Origin: a virus
Virus record (IMG/VR): IMGVR_UViG_3300033146_001382
Coordinates: 125,442 to 189,441 of that record
DNA length: 64,000 nt
Direction: 5' to 3' (one strand)
Of the stretch, positions 49,314-58,175 are shown one piece after another. Each line of letters begins with the position of its first letter. Positions within the stretch are counted from its first letter, which is position 1. A model generated the notes under the pieces. The model was not told where the DNA came from, did not search any database, and saw only the letters and a program-made list of their open reading frames with translations. Both the position numbers and the translations under genes were made by a program.

Positions 49314-49874
49314 ATGGGAACAAGTAAAAGTGTACTTAAAAATGAACGAAGTAATGGCAAATTAGCAGCTAGTACATCAATTAGAGTTATACATAAAGAC
49401 TCTTGCATTCAAGGAAAGAATGCTAATTTTACGGGTAAAAAATTTGAGGATAAGGTTGAAGATATTATTGTAGCTAAAGGCGTGGTACCTATTCCTTATA
49501 CTAAATGGGTAAATAATAAAATCTCAATACCAGATGGGGTCACAAAGATTTTATTTAAACAGGTAGCCTATACTAAATTATGGGGTACTACTGGGAGAAA
49601 TGATTTTAAATTAGTACTTCCTAAAGGCAGATCTGTTAGAATAGATGTACGGTGTCAAGCAACTCCAGGCTCTGTAGAAGAGAAGATTTGTTATTTATTT
49701 GAAACTGCAGTACATTGTTACCCTAATTCGGAAGTTATCATTATTCTGGATGGTTTAGGTGTAAGGCCTTCTATTAGAAAATGGATTGAAGGTAAAGCAC
49801 AGGCAATAAAACATAAGTCAATTAAAGTTATGACTTTATCTAGATTCAGAGAATGGGTTAATACTAACATATAA
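49314..49874 (+). CDS. PD-(D/E)XK restriction-endonuclease-like protein
   Basis: GKKFEDKV, RNDF and RIDVRCQ...GSVEEK fit a PD-(D/E)XK fold, with DxR replacing ExK. Directly downstream of dam. Confidence 0.55.
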   Translation: MGTSKSVLKNERSNGKLAASTSIRVIHKDSCIQGKNANFTGKKFEDKVEDIIVAKGVVPIPYTKWVNNKISIPDGVTKILFKQVAYTKLWGTTGRNDFKLVLPKGRSVRIDVRCQATPGSVEEKICYLFETAVHCYPNSEVIIILDGLGVRPSIRKWIEGKAQAIKHKSIKVMTLSRFREWVNTNI

Positions 49875-49882
49875 ATAATATT

Positions 49883-49916
49883 ATAAGATAGGTATAAATA
49901 TTTATACCTATCTTAT
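49883..49916. repeat. Perfect 34-bp palindrome in intergenic region (terminator- or operator-like)
   Basis: ataagataggtataaat|atttatacctatcttat, followed by ttatttttt. Confidence 0.9.
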
Positions 49917-49934
49917 TTATTTTTAGGAGGTACT

Positions 49935-50762
49935 ATGTTTGGGACTAAAACTAAGGAACAAGTGCTAGCTTTGTTTCCAAAACAAACTATTTTAATGGCG
50001 TATAGAGGTAGTATAGCCCATGGTATGTACGTGCCTAATACTGACCCATACAGTATAGATGATATCGATTTATTTGGTATACACATGGCTCCGTTAGACT
50101 GTTATTTAGGGTTACTAAGACATAAAGATTACTATGAACCTTTATCAGCTAAATATAGAGAAACAGTGGAAGCATTTCATGATGAATATGATGTAGTAAG
50201 TTACGAATTTAAAAAAATGATGCATTTATTGATGAATAATAATCCTAATGTGTTAGCTCTTTTAAATCTTAAAGCAGAACACTATATCAGTGTTACTAGT
50301 GCTGGAGAATTGTTAATTAAACACAAGCACATATTTTTTTCTCAAAAAGTTTATTACTCTTTTGTTAGATATGCTGAAGACCAACTCAAAAAAATGAAAC
50401 GTACTAAATTTAAAGGATACATGGGTAAAAAGCGTAAAAGTTTGGTTGCTGAATTTGGCTATGATACAAAGATGGCCGCCCATTGTATACGATTACTTAG
50501 AACATGTATTGAGTTTTTATCTACTGGAGAATTAAATGTTTATAGAGAAAAAGATGCAGATGAGTTATTACAAATTAAACTAGGTAAACGAAGTTTGGAG
50601 TCTGTTAAGTTAGAGTCAGAAGAACTATTAGTTGAAGCTGTCTATGCTAAAAAGCATTCAGTGCTGCCTGAAAAGCCTGATTATAAAACTATTAATTTAT
50701 TAACTAAACAAATAATTTATGACTATATCACTACAGAGACTTCAGGTATTTATATAAAATAA
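49935..50762 (+). CDS. Pol-beta-superfamily nucleotidyltransferase (RlaP / NrdC.11-like)
   Basis: RGSIAHG...DDIDLFGI (GS...DxD), NNPNVL, GYDTKMAAHCIRLL. Confidence 0.85.
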   Translation: MFGTKTKEQVLALFPKQTILMAYRGSIAHGMYVPNTDPYSIDDIDLFGIHMAPLDCYLGLLRHKDYYEPLSAKYRETVEAFHDEYDVVSYEFKKMMHLLMNNNPNVLALLNLKAEHYISVTSAGELLIKHKHIFFSQKVYYSFVRYAEDQLKKMKRTKFKGYMGKKRKSLVAEFGYDTKMAAHCIRLLRTCIEFLSTGELNVYREKDADELLQIKLGKRSLESVKLESEELLVEAVYAKKHSVLPEKPDYKTINLLTKQIIYDYITTETSGIYIK

Positions 50763-50765
50763 TTA

Positions 50766-50794
50766 TTGACAAAATTTAATTTTGTATTATATTA
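50766..50794 (+). promoter_or_regulatory. Sigma70-type promoter, copy 4 of the motif
   Basis: TTGACA (50766-71), N12, GTATTATATTA (50784-94). Upstream of the ligase gene. Confidence 0.72.
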
Positions 50795-50829
50795 AAGTGT
50801 AATCAATAATAAGAACATGGAGATAGTTT

Positions 50830-52122
50830 ATGCCAGAAATAATTCTAGTTCAGCAGAATTCTAATAGAAGAATAAAATTTATTATTCTTACATTAGAAGA
50901 AGATACCGTAAGTAGAGTATGGGGGCTAATTGATGGGAAAGCTCAAACTACTAGTAACATATATAGTTATATTAATAAAGGAAAAGCTAATGAACTTAAT
51001 CCTAGTGAAGCAGCAGCTGCTGATTTTTATAGAATTATTGATACTAAACTTAAAGAAGGGTATATTAAAACTGAATCATTAGATGATTTACCTAAGTTTA
51101 CCAATGAACATATGGATTTTAGTGGTCTACCAGTACAGTTTTGTTGTTCTAAACCACACACTAGTATTTCTACAACAAAGTGTAACAAACTTATTAAACA
51201 ACAACTAGCCCGTTTCTTTGTTAAGGAAAATGGGCTTTGCCATTTCATTCTTATAACTGATACTGGAGAAGTTAAAATATATACTAGGCGTATAGATGAT
51301 CATACTAGAAAGTATCCAACTATTGTAAAGACTATACAAGAATTGAATCTACCTAAGAAGACTTTACTTATTACAGAATTTATAGTTGATCCTGAATTGA
51401 TGATTCCCCATATGCAGGGGTTTAGTTTAATTTCTAGTATTTCTAGGTCCGACACATTGAAAGGTAAAGTACGAGAAGATATTACACAAACTTTAGCGTT
51501 ACAAGAAAAATGTAGGGTAGTAGCTGTAGTGTTTAATATTCTATTTGTAGATGGAAATAATCTTACAGAAATAGAGTATGGAGAGATATTAGAGTTACTG
51601 TCTGAAATAGATTTACGTAGTACTAGTAATGACGGATCTCATTCTAATATTATACTACCTAAAGAAATGAAGTTTAAGTCCTATGAAAAAGCATACAGTT
51701 GGGCATATAATAATAAAAAACAGTATGAAGGATTAGTAGTTTGGAATGTACATGAGAATGCAGACATTACTTATAATGGTAAACCTAATAGAAGAGCATG
51801 TTATAAACTTAAAGCAGTAACAGAAGATGACGTAGTAGCTTATGATTGGAAAGAAGGTACTGGGGCTAAACAAGGTAAAGTCGGTAGTCTATTGATAGGT
51901 AAATACGATAAAGATGGAATTATAGTTCCAATGGGTAATGTAGGCTCTGGATTAAAAATTAAACAAGGTGAGTGCGAAGTATCTTATTGGGAATTTCCTT
52001 GTGTAATTGAGATTGAATACGATCAAAGATTCCCTACAGGTTCTTACCAATTCCCTAGGTTTAGTAAACGTCATGAAGATAAAATACCTTTAGATGTGGT
52101 AATAGATAAGGATGGATTTTAG
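50830..52122 (+). CDS. ATP-dependent polynucleotide (DNA) ligase, divergent, with WGR-like N-terminus and OB domain
   Basis: Motif I KENG, IYTR, III TEF, IIIa FNIL, IV EGLVV, V YKLK, OB-fold GNVGSGL, and QFPRF. Confidence 0.75.
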   Translation: MPEIILVQQNSNRRIKFIILTLEEDTVSRVWGLIDGKAQTTSNIYSYINKGKANELNPSEAAAADFYRIIDTKLKEGYIKTESLDDLPKFTNEHMDFSGLPVQFCCSKPHTSISTTKCNKLIKQQLARFFVKENGLCHFILITDTGEVKIYTRRIDDHTRKYPTIVKTIQELNLPKKTLLITEFIVDPELMIPHMQGFSLISSISRSDTLKGKVREDITQTLALQEKCRVVAVVFNILFVDGNNLTEIEYGEILELLSEIDLRSTSNDGSHSNIILPKEMKFKSYEKAYSWAYNNKKQYEGLVVWNVHENADITYNGKPNRRACYKLKAVTEDDVVAYDWKEGTGAKQGKVGSLLIGKYDKDGIIVPMGNVGSGLKIKQGECEVSYWEFPCVIEIEYDQRFPTGSYQFPRFSKRHEDKIPLDVVIDKDGF

Positions 52123-52123
52123 T

Positions 52124-52381
52124 ATGATTACAATAAATAATATAAAACGAACTACATTAAATTATAAATGTGAATGTGGGGCAGTAGGTCAATGTATGTT
52201 TAAAGCTCCAGAAGGTGATTTAGCTTTAATAATAGATCTTCAATGTCCTATGTGTGATGACGTAGAACGTATTAAAATCATTAAATACTCTACTGAAGAG
52301 AAGAAGTTACAATTACTAACAGATGACACAGAACTACATTGGGCTATTGTAGTAGACAATATAGTGGAGGGGCAATACTAA
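52124..52381 (+). CDS. Small zinc-ribbon protein
   Basis: CECG...CPMC. Confidence 0.55.
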   Translation: MITINNIKRTTLNYKCECGAVGQCMFKAPEGDLALIIDLQCPMCDDVERIKIIKYSTEEKKLQLLTDDTELHWAIVVDNIVEGQY

Positions 52382-53340
52382 TGAATAAGCACTTTACAGA
52401 TGATTCATTATTTAAATTATTATGGAGTGATTTAGCTTCTACTAATTTAGGGGACGATATAACTATTAAAGAGGCAAAGTATGAAGACATATATCATATT
52501 TTAAATTTAATTAAAGCTAGTTTAGTTTCTAATGTCTCATTTACTGACTGTTTTATACAAGTATGTGCTACTACTGCATTAATGGAGACTGATGAAGAAG
52601 TATTAAAAAGGCTCACTTTCGCTATTGCATTTAGACATTTATTAGCATTAAATGATACAGATATTGTATCCTTTATTCGTCCCAAAAGAGATTTTTTAGC
52701 AGAATTAGCGGCTCAAAAATATAATATACACATAGAGCGTGTAACTACTGTAGAAAAAGAAAAACTTATTACAGAAGATACTAGTAATTATTCTATTACA
52801 GACCCTCCAGTACCTAGTTGGGATGAATACTTTTTTAATGTATGTAGACAAGCTGCTAGACATTCTAAATGTAGATCTAGACGAATAGGTGCTATTTTAG
52901 TTAAAGATAAAAGTATTGTAAGCACTGGTTATAATGGTCCACCTAGGGGTGTACCTAGTTGTGAGAATAGATGGGTATTAGATTCTAAATTTATAGATAA
53001 GTATAAAAGTAAGATAGTAATACCCATAGATAATGATAAACCTTCTTGTCCTAGGTATAATTTAGGTGCAAAGTCTGGAGAAATGTTACAAATTTGTATA
53101 GCAGGACATGCCGAGGAAAATGCTATTTTAAATGCTGCTTGGCATGGTATTAGTACTAAAGGGGCTACACTATATATGACGTGTGCTATACCTTGTTTTA
53201 GATGTTTGATAAAAATAATTAATGCAGGTATATCTGAGATAGTAGTTACTGGAGCTTCTTTTTATGATGATAACTCTGAATTTCTTCTCAATAATAGTAA
53301 AGTTAAAGTACGTTTTTACGATTTCCTAAAAAAAATGTAA
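52381..53340 (+). CDS. dCMP deaminase with long N-terminal extension
   Basis: SWDEYF, SKCRSRRIGA, GYNGPPRG, HAEENA, PCFRC. About 140 unrelated residues precede the domain. Confidence 0.88.
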   Translation: MNKHFTDDSLFKLLWSDLASTNLGDDITIKEAKYEDIYHILNLIKASLVSNVSFTDCFIQVCATTALMETDEEVLKRLTFAIAFRHLLALNDTDIVSFIRPKRDFLAELAAQKYNIHIERVTTVEKEKLITEDTSNYSITDPPVPSWDEYFFNVCRQAARHSKCRSRRIGAILVKDKSIVSTGYNGPPRGVPSCENRWVLDSKFIDKYKSKIVIPIDNDKPSCPRYNLGAKSGEMLQICIAGHAEENAILNAAWHGISTKGATLYMTCAIPCFRCLIKIINAGISEIVVTGASFYDDNSEFLLNNSKVKVRFYDFLKKM

Positions 53341-53415
53341 TACTTTTTTTATTTATGTACTATATAGTATATAGAGGGTATTAAAACCTACTAAATTAAA
53401 AAGGAGAAATAAATT

Positions 53416-53925
53416 ATGTCAGAACATGATTTTTATCAAATTGACCACACTGGAGTTAAAGAGCCTGATAGGTACGTAAATACAAGAACCGATACATCTA
53501 CCCCTATTAGACGTGCTGCTGATGCGAAAATTTCGAATTTTGGTGCAAAAAATATAGGTACTAGAATGGATTCAGACTATACAAGAACTGTACTAGAATT
53601 TGAATCTAAAGACACATTACTAGATCATAATGTGCTCACAGAAGATACTGGTATTGGTAGTAATATTGGGGGAAGAGGAATAAATGTAGATCATAATCCT
53701 TATGTGGACGGCTCTACTGTTAAACGTGTTAGGGATGAACAAGCATTTAGAATTGGTATGTCAGATAATAGAGGCGCAAGTATTGATGCCCCAGGTTTTG
53801 ATGTATCTGATACTAATGTTGTACTGGCAGCTTTAATAGCTGGAAAGAATTGGCCCACAGAGGGTTGGCGTTCTTATGGTGGAAAATATGACTTTACACC
53901 TTATACTGGTGGCGGTATACATTAA
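53416..53925 (+). CDS. Hypothetical protein
   Basis: 169-aa ORF with AAGGAG RBS. No motif recognised. Confidence 0.65.
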   Translation: MSEHDFYQIDHTGVKEPDRYVNTRTDTSTPIRRAADAKISNFGAKNIGTRMDSDYTRTVLEFESKDTLLDHNVLTEDTGIGSNIGGRGINVDHNPYVDGSTVKRVRDEQAFRIGMSDNRGASIDAPGFDVSDTNVVLAALIAGKNWPTEGWRSYGGKYDFTPYTGGGIH

Positions 53926-53945
53926 TTAAGAAAGAGTATAATTAA

Positions 53946-54158
53946 ATGGAAAAGACTTATTGTGAATGTGAGCAATGGAATTTTTATGTAACACATTATC
54001 ATGAAACTTTTTATTGGAATTCTAAAGCAAAGGGCTGGTACGTCCAATGGGTGAACCTCTCAACACGTGAGGGGTACACTCAAGTTTCTAGATATGCTAT
54101 ACCTATGATATTCTGTCCTTTATGTGGCGGTATATTAAATGAACCAGAGGAAGGCTAG
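53946..54158 (+). CDS. Small Cys-containing hypothetical protein
   Basis: CECE...FCPLCG. Confidence 0.55.
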   Translation: MEKTYCECEQWNFYVTHYHETFYWNSKAKGWYVQWVNLSTREGYTQVSRYAIPMIFCPLCGGILNEPEEG

Positions 54159-54167
54159 CTTTTCATT

Positions 54168-54701
54168 ATGGATGATAATACAAATAGAGATCCTGCAATA
54201 AAACTACATTTACAAGAATCTAAGAATATGCAGAAGGAATGGTTTACCTACGCTTTAGACGCCATTCAAAAACTTTCTGATAAGATTGAGGCTACTGTAC
54301 TATCTATACAGAAAGAGCGTGAAGGTTCTTTACTACGTATGGTAGAGCTTCGTGAGCAATTAATGGACCAGCTTACCGTAAATGATAAAAGTAATTCAAT
54401 AGAATGGGCCAATATTAGTAGTAAATTAGATGTGACACTAAAAGAAATAATAGAACGTCTTGCTAAATCAGAAACTGAGACTAATTCACTTTTACAAAAC
54501 TATACCAAGGAGTATGACAATAAGATTAAGGAAGTGTCCACTGCTGTACAATCTACTAGGGATACTCAATTAATAGTAGGGACTAAAGTAAAAGTATATA
54601 TAGCAATGACAGGAATGATTGTAGCCACAGTAATAACGACACTAGCTGGTGGAGCTTTAGTATTATTTAAAGACACCATTAAAGCTTGGATAGGGAGTTA
54701 A
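54168..54701 (+). CDS. Coiled-coil protein with C-terminal transmembrane helix (possibly holin-like or membrane anchor)
   Basis: Heptad-like helical body followed by VYIAMTGMIVATVITTLAGGALVLF. Confidence 0.5.
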   Translation: MDDNTNRDPAIKLHLQESKNMQKEWFTYALDAIQKLSDKIEATVLSIQKEREGSLLRMVELREQLMDQLTVNDKSNSIEWANISSKLDVTLKEIIERLAKSETETNSLLQNYTKEYDNKIKEVSTAVQSTRDTQLIVGTKVKVYIAMTGMIVATVITTLAGGALVLFKDTIKAWIGS

Positions 54702-54704
54702 AAA

Positions 54705-56852
54705 ATGACTCATGACTTAGAAAAACTACGACAATTAACTGAAACTTTGACTAGTAATGGGTATCTTACTGACCAGGCCGCCTCCTGGGAATATGCATTT
54801 GATTCGGTTAAAGCTTTTGTCTGCATTACTAACACCTCATTTAAAGTAAAATACATCAATAAACCTCTCCGTAATACTTTAAATATTAAATCAACTCAGT
54901 GTATAAATAAAGATTTACATACTATCTTAGGTGATAAAGATTTACAAAAAGAACTAGATAGTAATCAAGGGATACAAGATCCTAAAGAAGGGGTTATAAC
55001 CTATCAAGAGTTATTTATAAAATCATTCAATGGTTGGTATGAATCGCATAGACATGATATTACTACAGACCATGGTGAACTTATAGGATATATATATCTG
55101 TTTGTAGATGTCACACAGAAAAGATTAACACTAGAAGCATTGAAAAAGAGTGAAAAAAATTATAGATTATTGTTTGAATCTATGTTAGATGGTTTCGCAC
55201 TACATAAGATGATATTTAATGATGATGGCGAACCATATGATTATGAATTTATAAATGTAAATCCTGCTTTTGAAAAACTAACTGGATTAACTACTAAACA
55301 ATTAGTAAATCATTCTGCATTAGAAGTTTTACCTAAGTTGGAACAACACTGGTTTGATGTTTATATTAAAGTTGTACAGACTGGGGAGTCTTACAGATTT
55401 AGTAATTATTCTGCTGAATTATGTAGATACTATGACGTAGTAGTATTTAGACCTATGCCTGGTTATTTTGCGTGTATAATATCTGATATAACTGATAGGA
55501 CATTAGCAGAAGAGAATCTTCATATGTCAGAAAGACGTTTTCGTGAGATAATTGAAAAGGTAGAAGGTATAGCTATACGAGGGTATGATGATAAATTTAA
55601 TGTAATATTTTGGAATAAGGCATGCGAAACTTTATATGGGTACACTAAACAAGAAGCAGAAGGTGAAAATATAGAGGATTTAACTTTTTTAAAAGGCTTA
55701 AAGGTGCCTGTAGAAGAGTTTTTGGACAATTGGTTTGATGATAAAGAGCCACCATCTGCTCAGGAACTAATTTTAAAAAATAAACTAGGTGAAGACGTTC
55801 ATATATTTTCTTCTAATGTATTGCACCAAGGCGCAAATGGTAAAGAGATGTTTTGTATAGATATTGATTTAAACCCCATTAAAGATGCACAAAAAGCATT
55901 GTATGATACTAATTTACTTTTAAATGGTATACTGAATGCAATACCTGATGTAATAGTAGTACAAGATGCAGATCATAATGTAATTAAACACAATAAGACA
56001 GCAAAAGAGTTCTTTAATGTAACCTCTAAGAAGGCAGAGGGTAAAAAATGTTTTCATTACCTAGGGCGTGGTACAAATTGTACTGATTGTCAGACTGCTA
56101 TAGCTATGGCTACTAAAAAGCCTTCTAAATTAGAAAGGTATATAGAAGAATTACAAGGATGGTTTGATTGTAGATCATACCCTATTTTAGATACTGATGG
56201 TAATGTTACTAAGATAATAGAACACTTGAGAGATATATCAGACTGGAAAAAAGAACAAGAACTATATAAAGAAGTACATTTAAAAGTTGAACAGGCTTTC
56301 CATAGACTAAGATTCATAGTAAGAGCAGTTGATGGCTTTCTATGGGAAAAAACATGGGATATGGAAAAAAATGCATGGGTACTGACTTATGTTGACCCTC
56401 AATTTTGTAGGGAGTTTTATTACTTAAATGGCACTGATGAGGAAGTATGTGAAAAAGCATATGGTAAATCAACTGATAATTTATTACAGTTTGATTTCAA
56501 TGACCTAGATTATAAAAATTCATTTGCAAACGTATGTATGCTCACAGACAAACACTGTCTTGAGCAGGAAGAAGCCAGCGAGTATTTTGAGATGGGTTAT
56601 ATGAATAATGTTTGGACTATTTTAAAGGTAAGAAAAACTCCTCTATATGATGGCCGGGGTAAATGTACAGGTATTCTAGGATTTGCTAAAAATTGTTCTG
56701 ATGACTCTTATTCTATTAAAGAGCTTCTTGAAGTGGGTATACAAACGAATAGAATTAAAAAACTTACTACAGGAAGTAATAGATTAAAATTGTATTGGGT
56801 AGTACAAAGAAAAAATGAAGCAAAAGATTTAACTCATTTAGATTTTCCTTAA
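54705..56852 (+). CDS. Multi-PAS sensor protein (about five PAS/PAC modules) with no recognisable output domain
   Basis: SEKNYRLLFE, NVNPAFEKLTG, SERRFREIIE, WNKACETLYGY, and PAC-like ends FVDVT, ISDIT, LRDIS, KTPLYDGRGKCTGILG. No HisKA/HATPase/GGDEF/EAL motifs. Confidence 0.85.
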   Translation: MTHDLEKLRQLTETLTSNGYLTDQAASWEYAFDSVKAFVCITNTSFKVKYINKPLRNTLNIKSTQCINKDLHTILGDKDLQKELDSNQGIQDPKEGVITYQELFIKSFNGWYESHRHDITTDHGELIGYIYLFVDVTQKRLTLEALKKSEKNYRLLFESMLDGFALHKMIFNDDGEPYDYEFINVNPAFEKLTGLTTKQLVNHSALEVLPKLEQHWFDVYIKVVQTGESYRFSNYSAELCRYYDVVVFRPMPGYFACIISDITDRTLAEENLHMSERRFREIIEKVEGIAIRGYDDKFNVIFWNKACETLYGYTKQEAEGENIEDLTFLKGLKVPVEEFLDNWFDDKEPPSAQELILKNKLGEDVHIFSSNVLHQGANGKEMFCIDIDLNPIKDAQKALYDTNLLLNGILNAIPDVIVVQDADHNVIKHNKTAKEFFNVTSKKAEGKKCFHYLGRGTNCTDCQTAIAMATKKPSKLERYIEELQGWFDCRSYPILDTDGNVTKIIEHLRDISDWKKEQELYKEVHLKVEQAFHRLRFIVRAVDGFLWEKTWDMEKNAWVLTYVDPQFCREFYYLNGTDEEVCEKAYGKSTDNLLQFDFNDLDYKNSFANVCMLTDKHCLEQEEASEYFEMGYMNNVWTILKVRKTPLYDGRGKCTGILGFAKNCSDDSYSIKELLEVGIQTNRIKKLTTGSNRLKLYWVVQRKNEAKDLTHLDFP

Positions 56853-56877
56853 TAGATGAGTAAATTTTAAATAAGGT

Positions 56878-57429
56878 ATTATGGGGCTCCTATAAAAGGA
56901 GAAAAACTATGAAAAGAAATATGAAAGATTTAGTTAAGAAACACAGCTCTATAGGGAGTGTGTTTGCTTCTAATCGTTTCGATGACCTTTTTAGTGAAGT
57001 ATATGCACTAATGGATCATGCTTGGAATGATTGGGACTTAAGTGCTAGTGCGTTTCAAGCACTACAACCTAAAGCAACGTTTCCAAAGATAAACGTAGCA
57101 GAAACTGACACTGAGTATGAAGTTGAGATTGCAATATCTGGGTTTGATAAAGACAACCTAGAGTTGGAATTTAAAGACTCATGTCTATTCATTAAAGCTG
57201 ATAAAGCTGAAGAAGATAATGATACTAATAAAAAGTGGCTAAGAAAGGAAATATCAAGTCGGTCATTCAGACGGGCGTTACAATTCCCATTAAAAATTGA
57301 TAGTACAGCAATTAATAGTTCATATGATGATACTAGAGGTATTGTCACCTGTGTACTACCAAAGCAACTTAAAAAAGAACCAGATGTAGTAAAAATAACA
57401 ATAGACTAAACAAAAGGGAGCCCCATAAT
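56878..57429. repeat. Perfect 13-bp inverted repeat bracketing the Hsp20 gene (56878-56890 / 57417-57429)
   Basis: attatggggctcc and ggagccccataat are exact reverse complements, one in each flanking intergenic region. Confidence 0.9.
56909..57409 (+). CDS. Small heat-shock protein (Hsp20 / alpha-crystallin family)
   Basis: FPKINVAETDTEYEVEIAISGFDK, ISSRSFRR...FP, A-x-Y-x-x-G-like SSYDDTRGIVTCVLPK. Confidence 0.93.
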   Translation: MKRNMKDLVKKHSSIGSVFASNRFDDLFSEVYALMDHAWNDWDLSASAFQALQPKATFPKINVAETDTEYEVEIAISGFDKDNLELEFKDSCLFIKADKAEEDNDTNKKWLRKEISSRSFRRALQFPLKIDSTAINSSYDDTRGIVTCVLPKQLKKEPDVVKITID

Positions 57430-57450
57430 CCCAACACTAAAGGAGAATAT

Positions 57451-57675
57451 ATGGCTAGAAATTTTTATGATTGTGCCAAAAATGGCGGAAAGGTAGTGAG
57501 TAAAAAAACAAAGGAAGGTAAAATGATTAAAGTTTGTTATGACAAAGATGGTAATTCCCATGTAAAATTTAATAATAAGAAAAATAAAAATAGAAATAAA
57601 ATGGCACGAAACACTAAAGCTTCTGTGGCAAGCCTACAGAATTTAGCTGCACATTTCAATAACAATAGACATTAA
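57451..57675 (+). CDS. Small basic hypothetical protein
   Basis: K/N/R-rich 74-aa ORF with AAGGAG RBS. Confidence 0.6.
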   Translation: MARNFYDCAKNGGKVVSKKTKEGKMIKVCYDKDGNSHVKFNNKKNKNRNKMARNTKASVASLQNLAAHFNNNRH

Positions 57676-57690
57676 TAAAGGGATTTACTT

Positions 57691-58164
57691 ATGATAAGAT
57701 TTGAAGATGGAGACGATAACTTAGTAGAAGTATTTTTGGAAGTAATGGAGACTAGATTTCCACATTTTCAGTTTTTAAATTTTAAATTAGTGTATGATTT
57801 AAAGAAAAGAACTAAGAATGGTAAAACTACATTAGCTAGTATAGAACTAGCCTCTCCCAAAATTAAATATTTTTCACAAGATGATAAGGCTTCTGAGGGG
57901 TATGATTACATTTTGTTTATTGACAAGAAAGCTTGGGAGTTATCTAATGATAAAGATAAAAGACGACTTATCTCTCACGAAATGCGCCATGTATTTGTAG
58001 ATGAGAAAGATAAGGCTAAATTGGTAGGGCACGAAATAGAGGACTTCTATCAAGAAATAGAACTAAATAAAGATGACCCAGAATGGGGTCGCAATCTAGT
58101 TAGATTGGTTTCAGATGTTTATGATCAAGAAAAAGAAATGTCTAAACCAAATAAAGGATATTAA
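57691..58164 (+). CDS. Putative phage metallopeptidase-like protein
   Basis: LISHEMRH (HExxH) followed by GHEIEDF. Confidence 0.7.
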   Translation: MIRFEDGDDNLVEVFLEVMETRFPHFQFLNFKLVYDLKKRTKNGKTTLASIELASPKIKYFSQDDKASEGYDYILFIDKKAWELSNDKDKRRLISHEMRHVFVDEKDKAKLVGHEIEDFYQEIELNKDDPEWGRNLVRLVSDVYDQEKEMSKPNKGY

Positions 58165-58175
58165 GGAGTGAGCAT

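Noticed and set aside
38035-52122. Systematic recoding or G-to-A editing behind several D-to-N changes (ligase motifs I and IIIa, PolA intein, KdsC-like)
   Set aside because: AAT must be Asn at both intein C-termini (HN), and catalytic Asp residues of RecA, DnaB, PolA, Dam and dUTPase are intact. The changes look gene-specific.
53358-53369. 12-bp palindrome tactatatagta
   Set aside because: Short and almost all A/T; expected by chance in this composition.
56853-56908. CIRCE or canonical ROSE element upstream of hsp20
   Set aside because: No TTAGCACTC-N9-GAGTGCTAA, and no U(U/C)GCU anti-SD motif. The anti-SD here is a plain CTCCT.
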